DNA of 49,833 nt, the filler included, from Bipalium vagum (Eukaryota), in the NCBI GenBank assembly GCA_037834085.1. It is 2 parts of 2 records of this genome, joined end to end, with 100 filler letters (N's around TTAATTAATTAA, not from the genome) between each part and the next. Parts side by side here need not be neighbours in the genome. Positions count along the whole stretch, not along the records: positions 30,965 to 49,833 come from JBBMKC010017010.1; 1 more part is not named here. One strand, written 5' to 3'. Both the position numbers and the translations under genes were made by a program. Below the pieces are notes generated by a model. That model searched no databases. It worked only from the letters and a program-made list of their open reading frames with translations, and had not been told where the DNA came from. Of this stretch, positions 36,301 through 49,743 are shown in pieces. Position 1 is the first letter of the stretch. Each line of letters begins with the position of its first letter.

Positions 36301-39300
36301 GTAAATTAAAATTAAAATGTTTTACTTTATAATTTAAAAAAGGAAGTTGAAATAAGGAAAGTTTCAAAAGAAAAAGCGCTCTTCAAAATTCTAAAATATG
36401 CAAAATATCGAAGGAAACGAGAATTAGATAAACACATATACCTGAACAAGATCAGAAGAAATCTATACTCACTATTGAATGTCATACTTTTTGATAATTT
36501 TATTATAATAGAATATCAGATAGCTGTGACACGGCTTATTTTTTCTATAATTAGTTGACTAGACTGAGTAGTACTTATAAAATCCTAGTTTGATCTACAG
36601 AAGTTTGATCTACAGAAGTTTGATCTCCCACTCGGAAGAGATGCAACGGAACATAAAAATCGTTCATGATATCAATTGTTTCATTAGAAATTCAACGTTT
36701 TCGAATGTTTCAGTTGGACAATTGATGGAATCTTGTACTTTGTTAAACCTATTTCATTGAACTGTTTCATAGAAACGAACTTTAAGCTGGTTTTATTTAC
36801 AAGATTCAAGTCGTTCAGTTATAGATTTACTATGCCAATTTTCTCCAATGATTTTTATGTTTACCTGTTTTTAAACAATAGCATTAATTCAACTGACTCT
36901 TACTTAAGTATATTTTATTTTCCAATTGTTATTTTTTTACAAATGTAGAACATTGAATGAATTACAAAGTTTAGATCTGATTAATGCATTATCACTTTGA
37001 TATGTGCATTATTAAGACAAAACCCCGCAGTTATACAATAAATATCTGATGGTATTTTTAATTAATTATTTATTTTTAACAGTTCTTTCGTTAAATAAAA
37101 TTTATCAATAAATAACGGAAACAAATTTCTCTAAAACCACAAAGATCAATGTTAATCAAAAAATATTTTAGGAAATATTTAAATGTCAAAAAATCGTTCG
37201 ATTTAAACAACTTCCGTTCACTTTTTAGAAAAATATACGTCGACACAAAATATAATAAGTACGACCACGGGGTACGAGAATCGTGATACAACTAAAGGTA
37301 AGATAGAAATTGTTATTAACACTTTAAAATTAAAACAATCTCTTGAAAGATGTTTTCAAAACTTTTTTGAAATGAACATGTTTAAAATAAAAGGTTGCGG
37401 GCTTATTGAATTTTCGTTACTGAATTTAGTTATTTTATTGAATTTTAAACAAATAAATAAATATCGTTGACCTTCAATAATACCTGGCTAGTGCGCACGT
37501 AGTGTATTGATTAATGTCTAGTTTATTATTAGAGATGTTCAATGACTTAATGGTTATTTATAATATAAAAGTGGATATGGTTAAAAAAGATAAATAGAGT
37601 ATCATTGTTATTAATTTTTTTGGAGAAGTCTTTTGGAAACATTTAATGTGTTCAATCAACATGTGTTGAATAAAATATAAAGATCATGATCACATTATTA
37701 AATCTGGTAAGCCTCATTTTTCAACATAATAAATGAATCTGCAATTTGTGAATAATTAGGTCTTTGGAAAGGAGCAGTCGTTTTTCATAAATTTATCTGA
37801 AGTCCTCAAAGAATTTAAATTTAACACTTTTGAATGGTAAATTGTATCAGGAAAAAGACTATTTCTTATATCAGTGGATATAAGGTACTTGAAGATTGAT
37901 ATTAGTGATATATCTCCTCAATATTAGCCCTGAAAAAGAAAAATCAATAATAGAGAGTTCGCATTTTATTACGTTGTCCCTTAAAAATGAAATTTTTTTT
38001 AAAAAATTTGCAACAATTAGTTTTTATTTTAAAAGACAAAATGCAAGAACAAAATAAAATATATTGTTTTGGCAGACTAAAGCCCAGTGCTAGACTATTT
38101 CCTTGTCATAACTTCATGATATATTTTCAATTCAAAAAGAGTTTAAAGAATATGATTCTACAGAAATTCCAAAAAAAAACGAATAACATGACCTGTTTTT
38201 CAAATTTCTGTACTGTAGAACAAGAAATTGGTGGCAATTTGAAGATAACCATTGATATGTTCTGTTTAAATTAGTTAATAAGAAGATCGAATTTTCATCC
38301 CTTGTAATAATTCTCTTGAAAATACGGTTGTTCAATAAGATTTAAAAATTTCAAGCCGTTTATTTGCCTGACTACATATTCGAAGAGGTCTATATTTTTT
38401 CCCAATAGAATGAAGATGTCGTTGGATTATGGACTTTGTATAATAATTTGTAGAAGCTAATTGATAACTTACTTGAGACGGTTTGGATTCAACTTATTCT
38501 TTTAAAATATCTCCACCTTTCCACAACCGGGTTAACGTTGGAGGCTGGTGTCACCGATTTGAACTTTGAAAAGAAATGCATAGTTGTCCTGTAGTTTATC
38601 TGGTCGATATTTTTAATTTCTGTAATAAAAATAACGGCTTCCGATGAGGAAAATAATTTTCCAATAATATCTGAAAATTACTAAAATATAGCGTTTTACG
38701 ATTGTAATTTGGCGCTATAAATACATTATTAAAACAACTTTATAACATTTATCACTATTATATTTAAAAGGTTAAGCGAATTTTAAAGCAGTAGACATCC
38801 GATGCAACTCATGTCATTTGAAGAGACCAGTTGTTGTCAAATAGGATTAAGAAAAGTCGACTTGAAAAACTAAAGAAACTGCTATCTAAATTGAAAAATC
38901 CGAAATAAATAAATCCCTTAAGTCTTTTTCAGATAAAATGAATTTCCAGCAGAATAAGATCGTCAATAGAAAAATCAACGACATTTCTTGCCACGGTCAT
39001 GGTGTTAAGTGTTAACCGTAATGAAGGTGATATCAAGTCCCCACAATTTTCCCAATGAGATTTGAGAATGACTGCTGATGATATGGACGTTTTGAGGAAT
39101 TCAGTTCTACCATGAATGAAGAAAGTCGCAAATAGACGTCATTTCATCTTCCAACAAGATCACGCAAAGGTACATAACGTCAAAAAGGTACAAGAATTTC
39201 TTAATCTCTGTTCCTCAATTCTGTGAAAGGAAATCTTGCCTCCCAGTTCTCCTGATGTGAATCCTTTAGACCACTGTATGTGGAGCATTCTTAAAAGAGA

Positions 39301-40115
39301 CGCTAACAAACAACCTTATTCAAATAAAGAATATTTAAAAGTTAAAATTGAAAAATTTATGATGTCCGTAGATAAAAAAAGACTCGTGATGACATGATTC
39401 AGATTTCGTAGTCGTATCCAATCTGCTCTTAGCTAGTGGAGGTTTTCTTGAACAATAGAAATGATTAGGACTGTGTTTCTGTATTCAACATGAAAAAATT
39501 GTTTTTTGTTAAAATATAAAACTTTGTTGTAGTATATTATTATTTTTCAATTTTTTGCAAATGTCTCCAGCACACCCTGAATAATCATAAGAAATATTAA
39601 TGTCCTATGCTTGCTGTAAAGATTAGTGGTGTAACTGGTAAACATGGCCAAATTCTTATTTATTTGTTGAAACAAAATCATTGAGTATTCATTATTGGAA
39701 AAGATTCACAGTAAGCAGAATTTTTATTACTATTTTAAAAACCTTGCACTATCATTGGTTGGTTCGTTTATGTTATTTCATTAAAAAATATTTTTCAATA
39801 ATTATTATTTTATTATTTTAGAAGTCAAAATCATCCAAAAAGGTGTTCTTTTGGTAAAGTCGATTCTATATAATTCTTATTTTAGATCACCAACTTATGT
39901 TGGCTATTTTAGTCATAGGTACATTTCTTTTTATTAAGATGTGATGAATTTTGTTTAGTAATATTGGTCTTTATAATCTCAGTACTGGTTTTGATAAATA
40001 ATTTTAGGAGTAAGTTTGACTAATAAATGATATATAATTAATTATAATAAAGTCTTATTATTGTCAAAATATTATTTATTATAATTCTTTCTTGAAAACT
40101 TACACTCAGAGAAGA
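33360..40115 (+). CDS. Divergent cadherin-like single-pass membrane protein with Cys-rich segments, multi-exon, ends uncertain
   Basis: Cadherin-like pieces: IMIIEN..IILGIIRAIS; exons 36688-36741, 36773-36858, 36949-36968 and 37017-37051 give SWTIDGILYFKRTLSW..DLLC..IFITLNELQNKTPQLY; LSTTGLTLEAGVTDLNFEK (~38510-38575). Cys-rich pieces DYCSSPHVGCPK..C..C (~34210) and DECDFGINACQQCPSNF (35923-36031). Transmembrane segment HQLMLAILVIVILVFIISVLVLINNFR from exons 39886-39918 and 39959-40009. Confidence 0.6.
36587..36627. repeat. 15-bp tandem repeat (agtttgatctacaga), ~2.7 copies
   Basis: Visible directly in the sequence. Confidence 0.9.
38780..39580 (+). mobile_element. maT/DD37D Tc1-mariner remnant in an intron
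   Basis: ATVMVLSVNRNEGDI, FIFQQDHAKVH, PPSSPDVNPLDHCMWSIL; terminus ...CACACCCTG. Confidence 0.9.
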
Positions 40116-40639
40116 ACGTTAAGTTCAAATTTATGTTTTTCAGTGTTTATATTCTTAAATAAAACATGCTCTTTCACATCTTTAATTAATGATTTGAATT
40201 GGAAATAAATCAAGAAGACAAAATGAAAGATGTTAAGCATTTAAAAAAGAAACGAAGATTGAAAAATATCTTTTAGAATATTTAGAGTATCTTTTCTTTT
40301 GCATTATATATAACCCTGATTTTATTGGATACGCTTTTATGTTCTCTGATAATACTTGAACTTATTTTGGAATTACCAAAAATAATATAAATAATTTAAC
40401 ATTTCATTAAAATGGAACGTTAATCAAAAAATGCCTAGCGAAACATATGTAGTGAATCTTTCTCAATTATACAATCTTTTTAAATATTAATTAGAAAAAT
40501 AACCGATTAAGAATAACCTCTTAGGAATATCCTTATAAAATAAACAAATAATGATACCTGTTCACACAATAATTAGTCTAACAAATAAAACTTTTAATTT
40601 AAGACTAAGTTTTAGATATGGAATTGAAATCCATTAATA

Positions 40640-41400
40640 AACATTTTGGAAAATTTTTCATCCATTCAGAGATTGACAGTATGATAGGGTTGTCTGAAAG
40701 TTTAATAAAAGTTATTTTATGAATCGGTTTGGTTTGATTTTCATGCACTTCAACTACTCGTGATTTTCTTTTAAAGAGTAACCAAAAATAATTTTTTGAA
40801 ACCTTTGATAACTGAAGATGAAAAGGGATCATCTACAACAATATTCAACGCAAAATATTGTGGTGTAAGCATAAAGCGCCAGCTCCAACGATATCTAAAT
40901 CTGATATTGATCAAAGAAAGGTCATATTATCGAAATTGTCGGATTATAAATGAGTCATTTATTTTGAAATTCAATTAAGAAAAGTAAAAAGTTATTCCAA
41001 TATTTGTTGTGAATAAATAAAAAATTTGAAAGAAGCACTGCAAAAGGAACGCCCAGATTTGGTAAATTGAAAATGTATACAACATGCAACATTCTGATAG
41101 TGTACCTTTGGAATATCATTTATATATCCTTTAAATTTAAATAATTTCGATACTTGCAAAACTCCTGGCCGATAAAATAGTCCTCACAATTCCAGCATCA
41201 AATTGTGCTTGGAAAGCATTGTGGAACAAAAAGACAAATATTTCTTCAAAAGTGGAATTATATTATTATCTTAAAGATGGTAACAAAAATTGTACAGAAC
41301 GGTGCCTATAAAAAAATATAATATAATATAAAATATAATAAAAAAATATATATACAATTTTTGATTTCATTTTTTTAAGGTTGTGCGAATTTTATGTAAC
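40640..41400 (+). mobile_element. Degenerate mariner (mellifera-like)
   Basis: LKPLITEDEKG.IYNNIQRK, ALQKERPDLVN, QKDKYFFKSGI. Confidence 0.8.
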
Positions 41401-42069
41401 ATTTTCTCAAATATTTTTGCTGTTATATGATCAAGAAATTAAATTTTAAAAAAAACTAATTTTTACTGATGTTTTGTCTTAATATCTGCCATTATCTAAT
41501 TTATATTTTGAACTTTGTGAAACTCAATAAATAATTGTAAAAATTAATATTTCTAATAAAATCAATTAATTATCATAATTGAAATAAATGATTACAAATA
41601 TCAATATTTTTATTCATTATTTTAATATATTACTTCTATTTTATCAATAGAAATGCTTACAAGTAAAAATATTTTAAAAAACTCTAAATATTTAAAAAGA
41701 AAACATATTTTAATATCTCAAGTTTTTATTAACTAATCAGTTAAATAGAATTAATAAGAAAATTAATCAAATTAATTGTGATAATTATTTAATGTCATTT
41801 TTTTAGCATTGATCATAAAATTATTTTTATCTTTGATCTAGATTACAGCCATTGTAGGAACCAATACACAAGTATTTTTTCAATTATTTTTGGAAAAATT
41901 ATTTAAATATAATATAATATTTTTCAATGGGTTAATTTAATAAAAATAAAAGTATAAAAGTAAAAAAATAAAATTATTGAATCAATTTCTGAATGAAAAA
42001 TAAAATATGTTGAATAATGTTACTCGTTTTGTTATAAATCACTTGGAAAATAAATATTAATAAATTATT

Positions 42070-42800
42070 GATGTTCGACCTCTTCATTTTTTTATGTGTT
42101 GCTCAATTAAGAGAGATATCGTGAGCTAGTTAAGATACATTATTTCAATATTATTTATTTTAATTATTAATTATATTCTAATTTTAATTAGTGGATCTAT
42201 TAAATATCACGTTAGGTATGTCGTCAGATTTAATTGATCATAATTTTTATATAATCATGCCGTCAAATTTAACATATATATATAAAGATATGAAGGAGTC
42301 CATAAAATGCAAAAACGTTATGCATATGCTACTATATAAGTAAGATTCATCTAAGAATAATAGTGAAAGCAATTATTTTATGGTCCAGAAATTTTTAAGC
42401 ATTTCAGATTAACATTTTTAAATGGTAAAATCAAAGAATTTTATATTCTCCATCCAATAAAATTTGGAGGGCCCAACATAATAGTATAGGTTAATGAGAT
42501 TAAACTAAATCATAATGTGTAATCACATTGTGGGCGTGTATACGGAAAAAAGCCAAAATATACGGAAGTATAACTAAAACCGGATTATATAACAACAAAA
42601 CAGTCTGTCATAAATATAACTTTGTGAATCCGGTAACAGGCATCCACACACAGTGTGTAGAATTTATGTTGAATTATAAAGACATTTGAATAAATTGATT
42701 AGATAATCACATTCTGGGTAATTTAATATTCTATCAAAACATAAATGAATTTATGTTTAATAAATGCAATTTAATATTGAATATTTTATTTTCGTTATAA
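42070..42800 (+). mobile_element. Merlin (IS1016/ISXO2-like) transposase remnant
   Basis: KFGGPNIIV*VNEIKLNHNV*SHCGR and VCHKYNFVNPVTGIHTQCVE; left boundary approximate. Confidence 0.85.
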
Positions 42801-42939
42801 CAAGTAATGAAAAAATTACTCCTCAAACATTATTGGAAAGAAAATTTCAGTGCAATTGTAGCGGTCAAATGAATATGCGAGCTGGGAGATGAGAGTTGTG
42901 TCACCACTTTTGTGTCAAAGATGATTCAAAAATTTAATA

Positions 42940-43160
42940 ACGGTGCAAAGAAACTTGGACGATGTGGAAACGGAGTGTCGAGACTTTTTCATATCCATAG
43001 ACAAGGAATGATATCATCACGGAATGGAGCCACTAGGAGACAGAGAGCTTAAGATCATTGAATATAATGGACTTTACTTTGGGAATTAATAAAAAAATTA
43101 TTTTTATTTCGTTATTAACCATTTTATAAAAAAAACGACATTACTTCTGACTCCCCTAAT
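42940..43160 (+). mobile_element. Mariner 3' fragment with TIR
   Basis: LDDVETECRDFFISIDKE*YHHGM..IIEYNGLYF, then CATTACTTCTGACTCCCCTAAT. Confidence 0.8.
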
Positions 43161-44129
43161 TAAATATGCTGGTGCAACACTGCTGAACCTTACAAATCCC
43201 TAAGATCATTCTGTGTATAGCTCATTAAAACAAAACACCAAGAATTAGTTAATAATTTATTATTATATTATTCCGTTCCTCTACTGCTGATCAGCAAAAC
43301 AGAATTACCTTTCTACTGATATTTTTATTTCTAGAAAATAATTATTTTACGATGTTTTATACACTGAATTTTAGAGTAATTTAATGTCTATGACTAAACA
43401 GGTACACTAATTATGACATGTGTTCTTTAAATAACTACAGTAAGATTACATTACCAGTTTAAACTGAAGAATATTGTTAAGATAATAATATCCTGGAATA
43501 TTTGAAGGTTTTGTTTCTTTGAAGTTAATCTTAGGTTTTAAAATTTAACGAATTGAACTTGTCATTAAACTCTAGTTTTTATTATCCAGTTTGGATAGTC
43601 TTTAATTATTTTTTTCGTTCTATTAGACTCTAATAGAACAAAGATAAATAAATCAAATTTTAAAATTCTCTTCATATTTTTATGAGTAAAAAACACATAC
43701 ACTTTGACTAGAGGCTTTTATCACACATTTATTATAATTATGATGACACAACACTGTTAATTAAATGAATAATTTAATTAGTATATAATCTAGGTGGCAA
43801 TCGACGTACCGGCGGACCACAAAGTATTATTTATATTTTTAAATAATTTATTAATTTAAAAAAATTTTATTCAATCAGTAATATATTTTTGTAATTTTAC
43901 TTAAAAGACCTTCTCCGATAATATTATAAAATGTAAAGAAACTGAGGGTCTGCATCACGTCAGCTGAAGCTTAAAAGAATTGACAAATTTGACAATTTAT
44001 GATTAGATAAGTATATAATTAAAATTATGAAAGAAAATTCTGATAATGTTAATATTCAAATAAATATTAATCACACTGAATTTAATTCTGATTCGAAATT
44101 CCAAAATAATGGTTCGTTCGTATCAATTT

Positions 44130-44370
44130 ATTCACCACAAAAATTCACTTCACAATTACATCACTTTGAATCAATTCGCTTTTGTCCTTGTTCTCGGCTT
44201 AATTCTAATTTTTGTACTGTTCGATTTTTTTCTCTTGCTTCTACTTGTTCTGGCTTTATCCGGGTTGAATTCGGTCTCATCAATTTATTGTTCAGCTTTA
44301 GTTCTGCTGTGGAAAATCTGGTTCTTCAGTTCTTCTCCATTGGCTAATCGTTATTCATAGCAGGGATATC
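44130..44370 (-). repeat. Dispersed repeat related to 15340-15760
   Basis: Shared ordered blocks; see the 15340 feature. Confidence 0.45.
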
Positions 44371-44487
44371 TTTTGATAATAGTAATAAATTTTAATGAAA
44401 ATTAATAAAACTTTTTTTTTAAGTTTGCATTAAATTTTATATAAGTGCACAATGTTTGATAAAAGAAGACCTTTTAAAAATAATCAA

Positions 44488-44790
44488 ATGATTATCATTA
44501 TTCCTGGAGAACTAACACAATTGCTTCAGTCTTTAGATATTTCTGTTAACGAACCCTTAAAGAATAAATTAAGAAATATGTAAGAAGATTGGATGATTAG
44601 CAAACTTTTACAAAAAATAGGAATATCAAAAGATCTTGATATGTTAAGGTTTGTCATGGGATCGACGAATATTAGAATTATGTAACACCATAGTGTATAA
44701 AAGATGGTCTCAGTAAATTTACAGTTGAGTATAATAATGAAGATGTCGTTGAAAACTTAGAAATTATTGAAAATGAAAATAACTCAAATT
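44488..44790 (+). mobile_element. pogo/Tigger (DDE_1) transposase remnant
   Basis: IIPGELTQLLQSLDISVNEPLKNKLRNM*EDW (compare IPGGLTSxLQPLDVSVNKPFK). Confidence 0.8.
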
Positions 44791-44980
44791 AACTCGAATT
44801 TCCACAGAAACTTTTAAAATTATTTAATTATACTAATATTAAATTAGATAAAAGGTTTGATGAGTTTAATTAATAAAATTTGATATCATTTTATTATTTT
44901 TCTTTACCATTATTTTAAAGGTTTTCATTTATTCTTTAAAAGAAATAGTAACAAAATATATAAATGATATAAAAAATATA

Positions 44981-45350
44981 ATTCATCATACTGTAGAAAA
45001 TTATATGTTTTAGTTTTAAGAATATTAGATTTTTAGATTCTTTAAGAATGTATTCAAATATTTCAGTTAAAACTATTAAAGAAACATTATTCAAATCTAT
45101 TAAACATGAAAGTTTGAAACCACATGATATAAACCTAAGAAATCATTTTTTTCTTATGATTATATACAAGTCACTACTTATATTGAAATTGATAAAATAA
45201 TATCAAGTAAGATAGACTTTATGACGAATGATTTTAATACTAAAATAAAATAAATGGTTCTATAACTAAAGATGATTATAATTGTTTCATCAATATAAGA
45301 ATTTTAATGATTTTAAAGATAATGAAAATTTAAATTTATATTTTAAAAGT
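44981..45350 (+). pseudogene. Polinton/Maverick protein-primed DNA polymerase B remnant
   Basis: IHHTVENYMF..KNIRFLDSLRM...FSYDYI..KIDFYDE..NGSITKDDY (compare EKYxSF..LRFIDSFRFM..FPYDY..FY..IS.EDY). Confidence 0.7.
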
Positions 45351-45985
45351 ATATTTCTTAGTTCTTCCTTATTTATTATTTCTGGTTTTGAATAATACGA
45401 AGATTTAATCTTGGTTTTCTTCCGAAATATTTCTTTCATAATAACATTGTATTTATATCTGATATTTAAATTTGTTATTTACTTCAAAATATTTTCATTA
45501 ACCCACATTTACAATTGTGAATATATTTATCATTAGTTTCTTTAGTTAATTCAATTTTACTATCGTTAAATTTGTCAATTATATAATCTTCTTTTTAAAT
45601 TCATCATAAAATACTTTATTTTTTAAGTCAAGATCAGCAGTTTTATATTTTTTTTATTTGCTTAAGTAAATATTTTGTATAATGTTCTTCATTATTTTTA
45701 ATTGTTCATTATGAGTTTTTCTTTTTTGGTGAATTTTTAATCCACTTTTTGTTGGAAAATTTCTTTCAGACTCCACATTTAAATTTCATTTTTGGTCCTT
45801 ATTTTATAAAGACTTTAATTACTTATGGTTGTATGGTATGATACCAAAATAGTATATAAATGGATAAAATCTTTTTTAGGTTCTTTTCATAATTTTTCAT
45901 TGCTTATCGTGTCTTCGTGGTGAATTTTCTTTTTTTAGTATTATATATTTTTTACAAAATTCACAATATCATTTTTCATCCATTT
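45350..45985 (-). pseudogene. Decayed intronless K/N-rich ORF, possibly Polinton-associated
   Basis: A-rich minus strand abutting the PolB remnant; no firm motif. Confidence 0.3.
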
Positions 45986-46329
45986 AAGAAAAACTAATTG
46001 GTTGATGGATATATATAATCTAACCTTAGTAAAAAAAGAATGAAGGGTGAAGATCTCGTCCGCCCTTCATTCATATGCTACTCACATGCATAGCCCTTCT
46101 GATATAACATTTTTATTCGTCTAATCCTTGGATTATGTGTGATATTTTAAGAAAACTGTTTTGTAATGTTTTATAAAACTGTTATGAATAACATCAGAAA
46201 AGATCATTATTTGTGTTTATCAGTTAATAATTTGATGAGACTTTGAAAATATTGTAATTTCATACGTTAACAGTGTATAGATAACAGTTCAGATTCAAAT
46301 TTCCTATCTTAATGTTATATTTATAATTA

Positions 46330-49300
46330 TTTTTTCAAGCTATCTCTGTCAACGACGAAACTACTCTTCTATCGAATGTTCATCCGAGTACATCAAGTTA
46401 GCTTATTGATTATTTGATAATTGTAAAATGACTTTTTTAATCATTTGGATAGATACGGCATTGAAAATAATAATCATTTTGTTACAGACCTTTAAAAACA
46501 GAATTTAAAATATTACAAAAAATTTTTAAAAAACAGTAAATAATTAATTAACATTTAAGTACACATCGGAATTGCATTGATCAGTTAACTTTTGATTTGA
46601 TGTAATACCAGTTAAGTTCCGGTTTTCTTTCACATCATTCTCAGCTATGTTTAATAATTTCCTTTGAATCATTTGGCTCAAATTATTTTTTGAAAACCTT
46701 ACTATATTCATTTTAAAAAAATTTCTCATTTAATATAAGAACATTGAATTCACGAATTAAAAATTAATAAAGGCACTGTCAAAAATGTGTGTAATGAACA
46801 ATTATTTGGTGAACTTTTAATTTAGTAAGCATACCATGTACATTTTAATTAACTAATTTACAATCTTACTTAGTGTCGCCATTGTGAGGGTTGTCTTAAT
46901 TTTTATTTTTATCGGTAATATTTTTCACCACATTTTCTTCTTAAAAATGTTTTTTATATTTCATCCTTTTAATATATATTTTATATTTTCTTTTTATCAT
47001 TTGTTAAATGTTGAACAGTCACCTTACGTACACATCCATTCATTATCATTGTTCCGCTGTAGTTAGTAGTACAGTTGTTGTAAATATATTACGAAAGTTA
47101 TAAAACGCAACGAGAACGCACTCAAAGATTTCAGTACACTTTTTGATAATTATAAATGCTATTGCTATTTGCCTCAAAGGTGTATTATTCATTCAAAGTT
47201 GTCTGTTTCTTTTATTTTAGATTATGCAAAGGATACAGAAGACTCATGGCTCTCTCAAAATAAGGATATAAAAATTTCGCGTTAGTACAATTTGTTAATA
47301 TTATTTTTATTTATATTATCTAAGCTTTGGTTTTTAAGGTTGCCCACCCACATCGATTACAATTTGTTACTGAATACAAAAAATTATGACTACTTTTAAT
47401 CATCAAAATACAACGTCTTATTCTCAATTGATTCAGTAATCTATCATCATGCCTGTGAGAATCTAAAAATATCTGAGTAACATATTTAATTTTTTAATTT
47501 AATTTGCAGTACATTGAGCTAAAAGATTTTATTGATTAAATAAAAGTATAAATTACATTTTTAATAAAAACAAGTATAAATTTTAAAGCTCAATATATTC
47601 GAATTAAATGCGAAAATTTTATATGAGAAAAGTATTAAAATTTCATTTGTTTTAAAAGCAAATTGAACAAAACAGAAAACGGTTTGAATAAATAAATTCT
47701 TATGGAGAGTAACGATTTTTTAGCCACCATTAACAATGCCTTAAGACTGAAAGAAGCCGGAATTATATCACAAAGACAATATCAGAGATGGTCACAAGCT
47801 CTCTAGTTCTGAGGGGAATATATCATTGATTGACATTCAAAAACTTTTTGTGAGATTCAAATATTACCAAGAAAAGAAATCACTTTTTACTTGATCACAA
47901 ATTATTAATTATTTCAAAATTTTCAGAATTACAAAAAAATTACCCAAATATTTATTGATATTCAACTAATTTTATATTTTTATTTCAGTAATTAATCGTA
48001 TTGACTTGAGAATTCTCTTTTTTATTAATATTTACAATAAGTATAAAATTTTAAGAATCGATTTTCTCATTAATTCAACCGATTGTTCTAATTACTTGAA
48101 ATATTGATTTCTTTAAAGGACTTTATTATTTTTGAATTAAAAATTATTTAATAATTATAAAGGAAGATCTAAATTTAATAATAATAATTATTATTATAAT
48201 AATATCAATATTTAGAATATTTTTTTCAGAGATTCAAAGTGATTTCATCAATACAAAATTGGAAGAAATATCAAGTCAAAGTGATTTCATCAATACAAAA
48301 TTGGAAGAAATATCAAGTCAGTTATTTATGAAACTATTACATGTTAATTTTAGATTAACTAATAATGAATATTTAATTTAAAAGTTTATTTAATTTACAT
48401 TTTGCTATTAAAAATTCTTGATAAATATTTTTTAAAAAATCATTGAAATATAATAGTTGTGCTTTGATTGCTTTCAAGTTATCAATACCATTTCGCTTGG
48501 TCTATTTAATGCAATCTATGGATAGTTTTCTGTTATTATATCAGGTAACCAAGAAAGTTTGTGCTGGTTTTTGTATGAGTATATTAAAAACAAATAAATG
48601 AACCTAAATTAGATTTTTTCGTTAAAATAATCACTATCACAATCAATAATACTATTCCACTGAGAAACAAGTTTATAAATACCATCTTTATACAATTTAG
48701 AGTCGTTTAAGGCGAAAAATTTACCAACTTCCACTTTAATTTTTTTTCTATTTTTGAATTGTTTTAAAGTTATTTTCCATGGCGAAATTCTGCAGGAGTA
48801 ATATTACTAGAAGTTGGTAGGTATATCAGAACGTTCCAATATGATGTTTTAATTTTCTTTGGGTGAGTTTTGCTATATATGGTCTTGCATATCACTTTAT
48901 TTGTAATGATTAAACCTGGTTTTCTTTGAAGCAGCAAATTTTTCACTTTATCATCTTGCTTTGCATACAAATCACCATTGACGATTTAATATTTTTCGAA
49001 GATTTTAAATTGCTGACTCAGGAAGGTATAGTTAATATAGCAACATTTTAAACTAAATTTGATATTGATACCTCTGCAGTTTGTCTTTCTCGATATTAGT
49101 AAACATTATAACCTTCTTTCTGTTCATTAGAACAGGTTTTTGTACAGAACTTCGATCAAGTATAAGGCTAAAACCAAAACAATTAATTCTAAAAACCGGA
49201 AAGAATTTACAATTGTCTACATCGGTTAATTTTAAAATTCCCTTCAGATGATTCAGTAGATAATCATTATGATTTTTATTGTGATTTTCTAGAAATATAA

Positions 49301-49690
49301 ATTTCTGTTATTGACATCGAAATTTGAAGACTTTTATTTTGATGGTTTTACTACAACACTGATGAGGATCTATACAAATAGCTTTATATTTCTAGCTAGA
49401 ACCAAAAAGATGAGTACCGGTTTTTGAAATTCAAGTTTAATAATCAGCTGATGAGTTCAGCATGATGTTCATAATACCACAAACACCAACATAAATAATG
49501 ATATGATAGAATTAGGCTGTCGTTGGAGATTGATATTTCTAGAGTCAGACCATGGACATTCTGTTCTGTTTTCGTTTAATTTAATCGTATTGTGAAGTTA
49601 ATATTTTGTGCTTTAGCAGATCTATATCTTCGTATTTATGTGAAGTCGTTTCATAAATCAAAATTCAATCGGATTTAAATAAAAACAATC
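46330..49690. other. Unresolved intron-rich coding fragments
   Basis: Plus-strand exon candidates (47221-47280, 48230-48320) and minus-strand ORF 48770-48970; product unknown. Confidence 0.3.
48234..48320 (+). repeat. Perfect 42-bp tandem duplication
   Basis: tcaaagtgatttcatcaatacaaaattggaagaaatatcaag twice; reads QSDFINTKLEEISS twice in frame. Confidence 0.95.
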
Positions 49691-49743
49691 TTATTATATT
49701 GTTGAAAAGGTAGAGTATAAATATATGTATAAATGTATATATA

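Noticed and set aside
36880-39712. In-frame TGAs in some parses of the cadherin-like gene
   Set aside because: Alternative GT-AG parses give stop-free frames under the standard code, and at 36.9-37.0 kb a more cadherin-like one.
47790-47807. Possible 16-nt intron (gtcacaagctctctag)
   Set aside because: Another frame reads through the segment without it, and no homology requires it.
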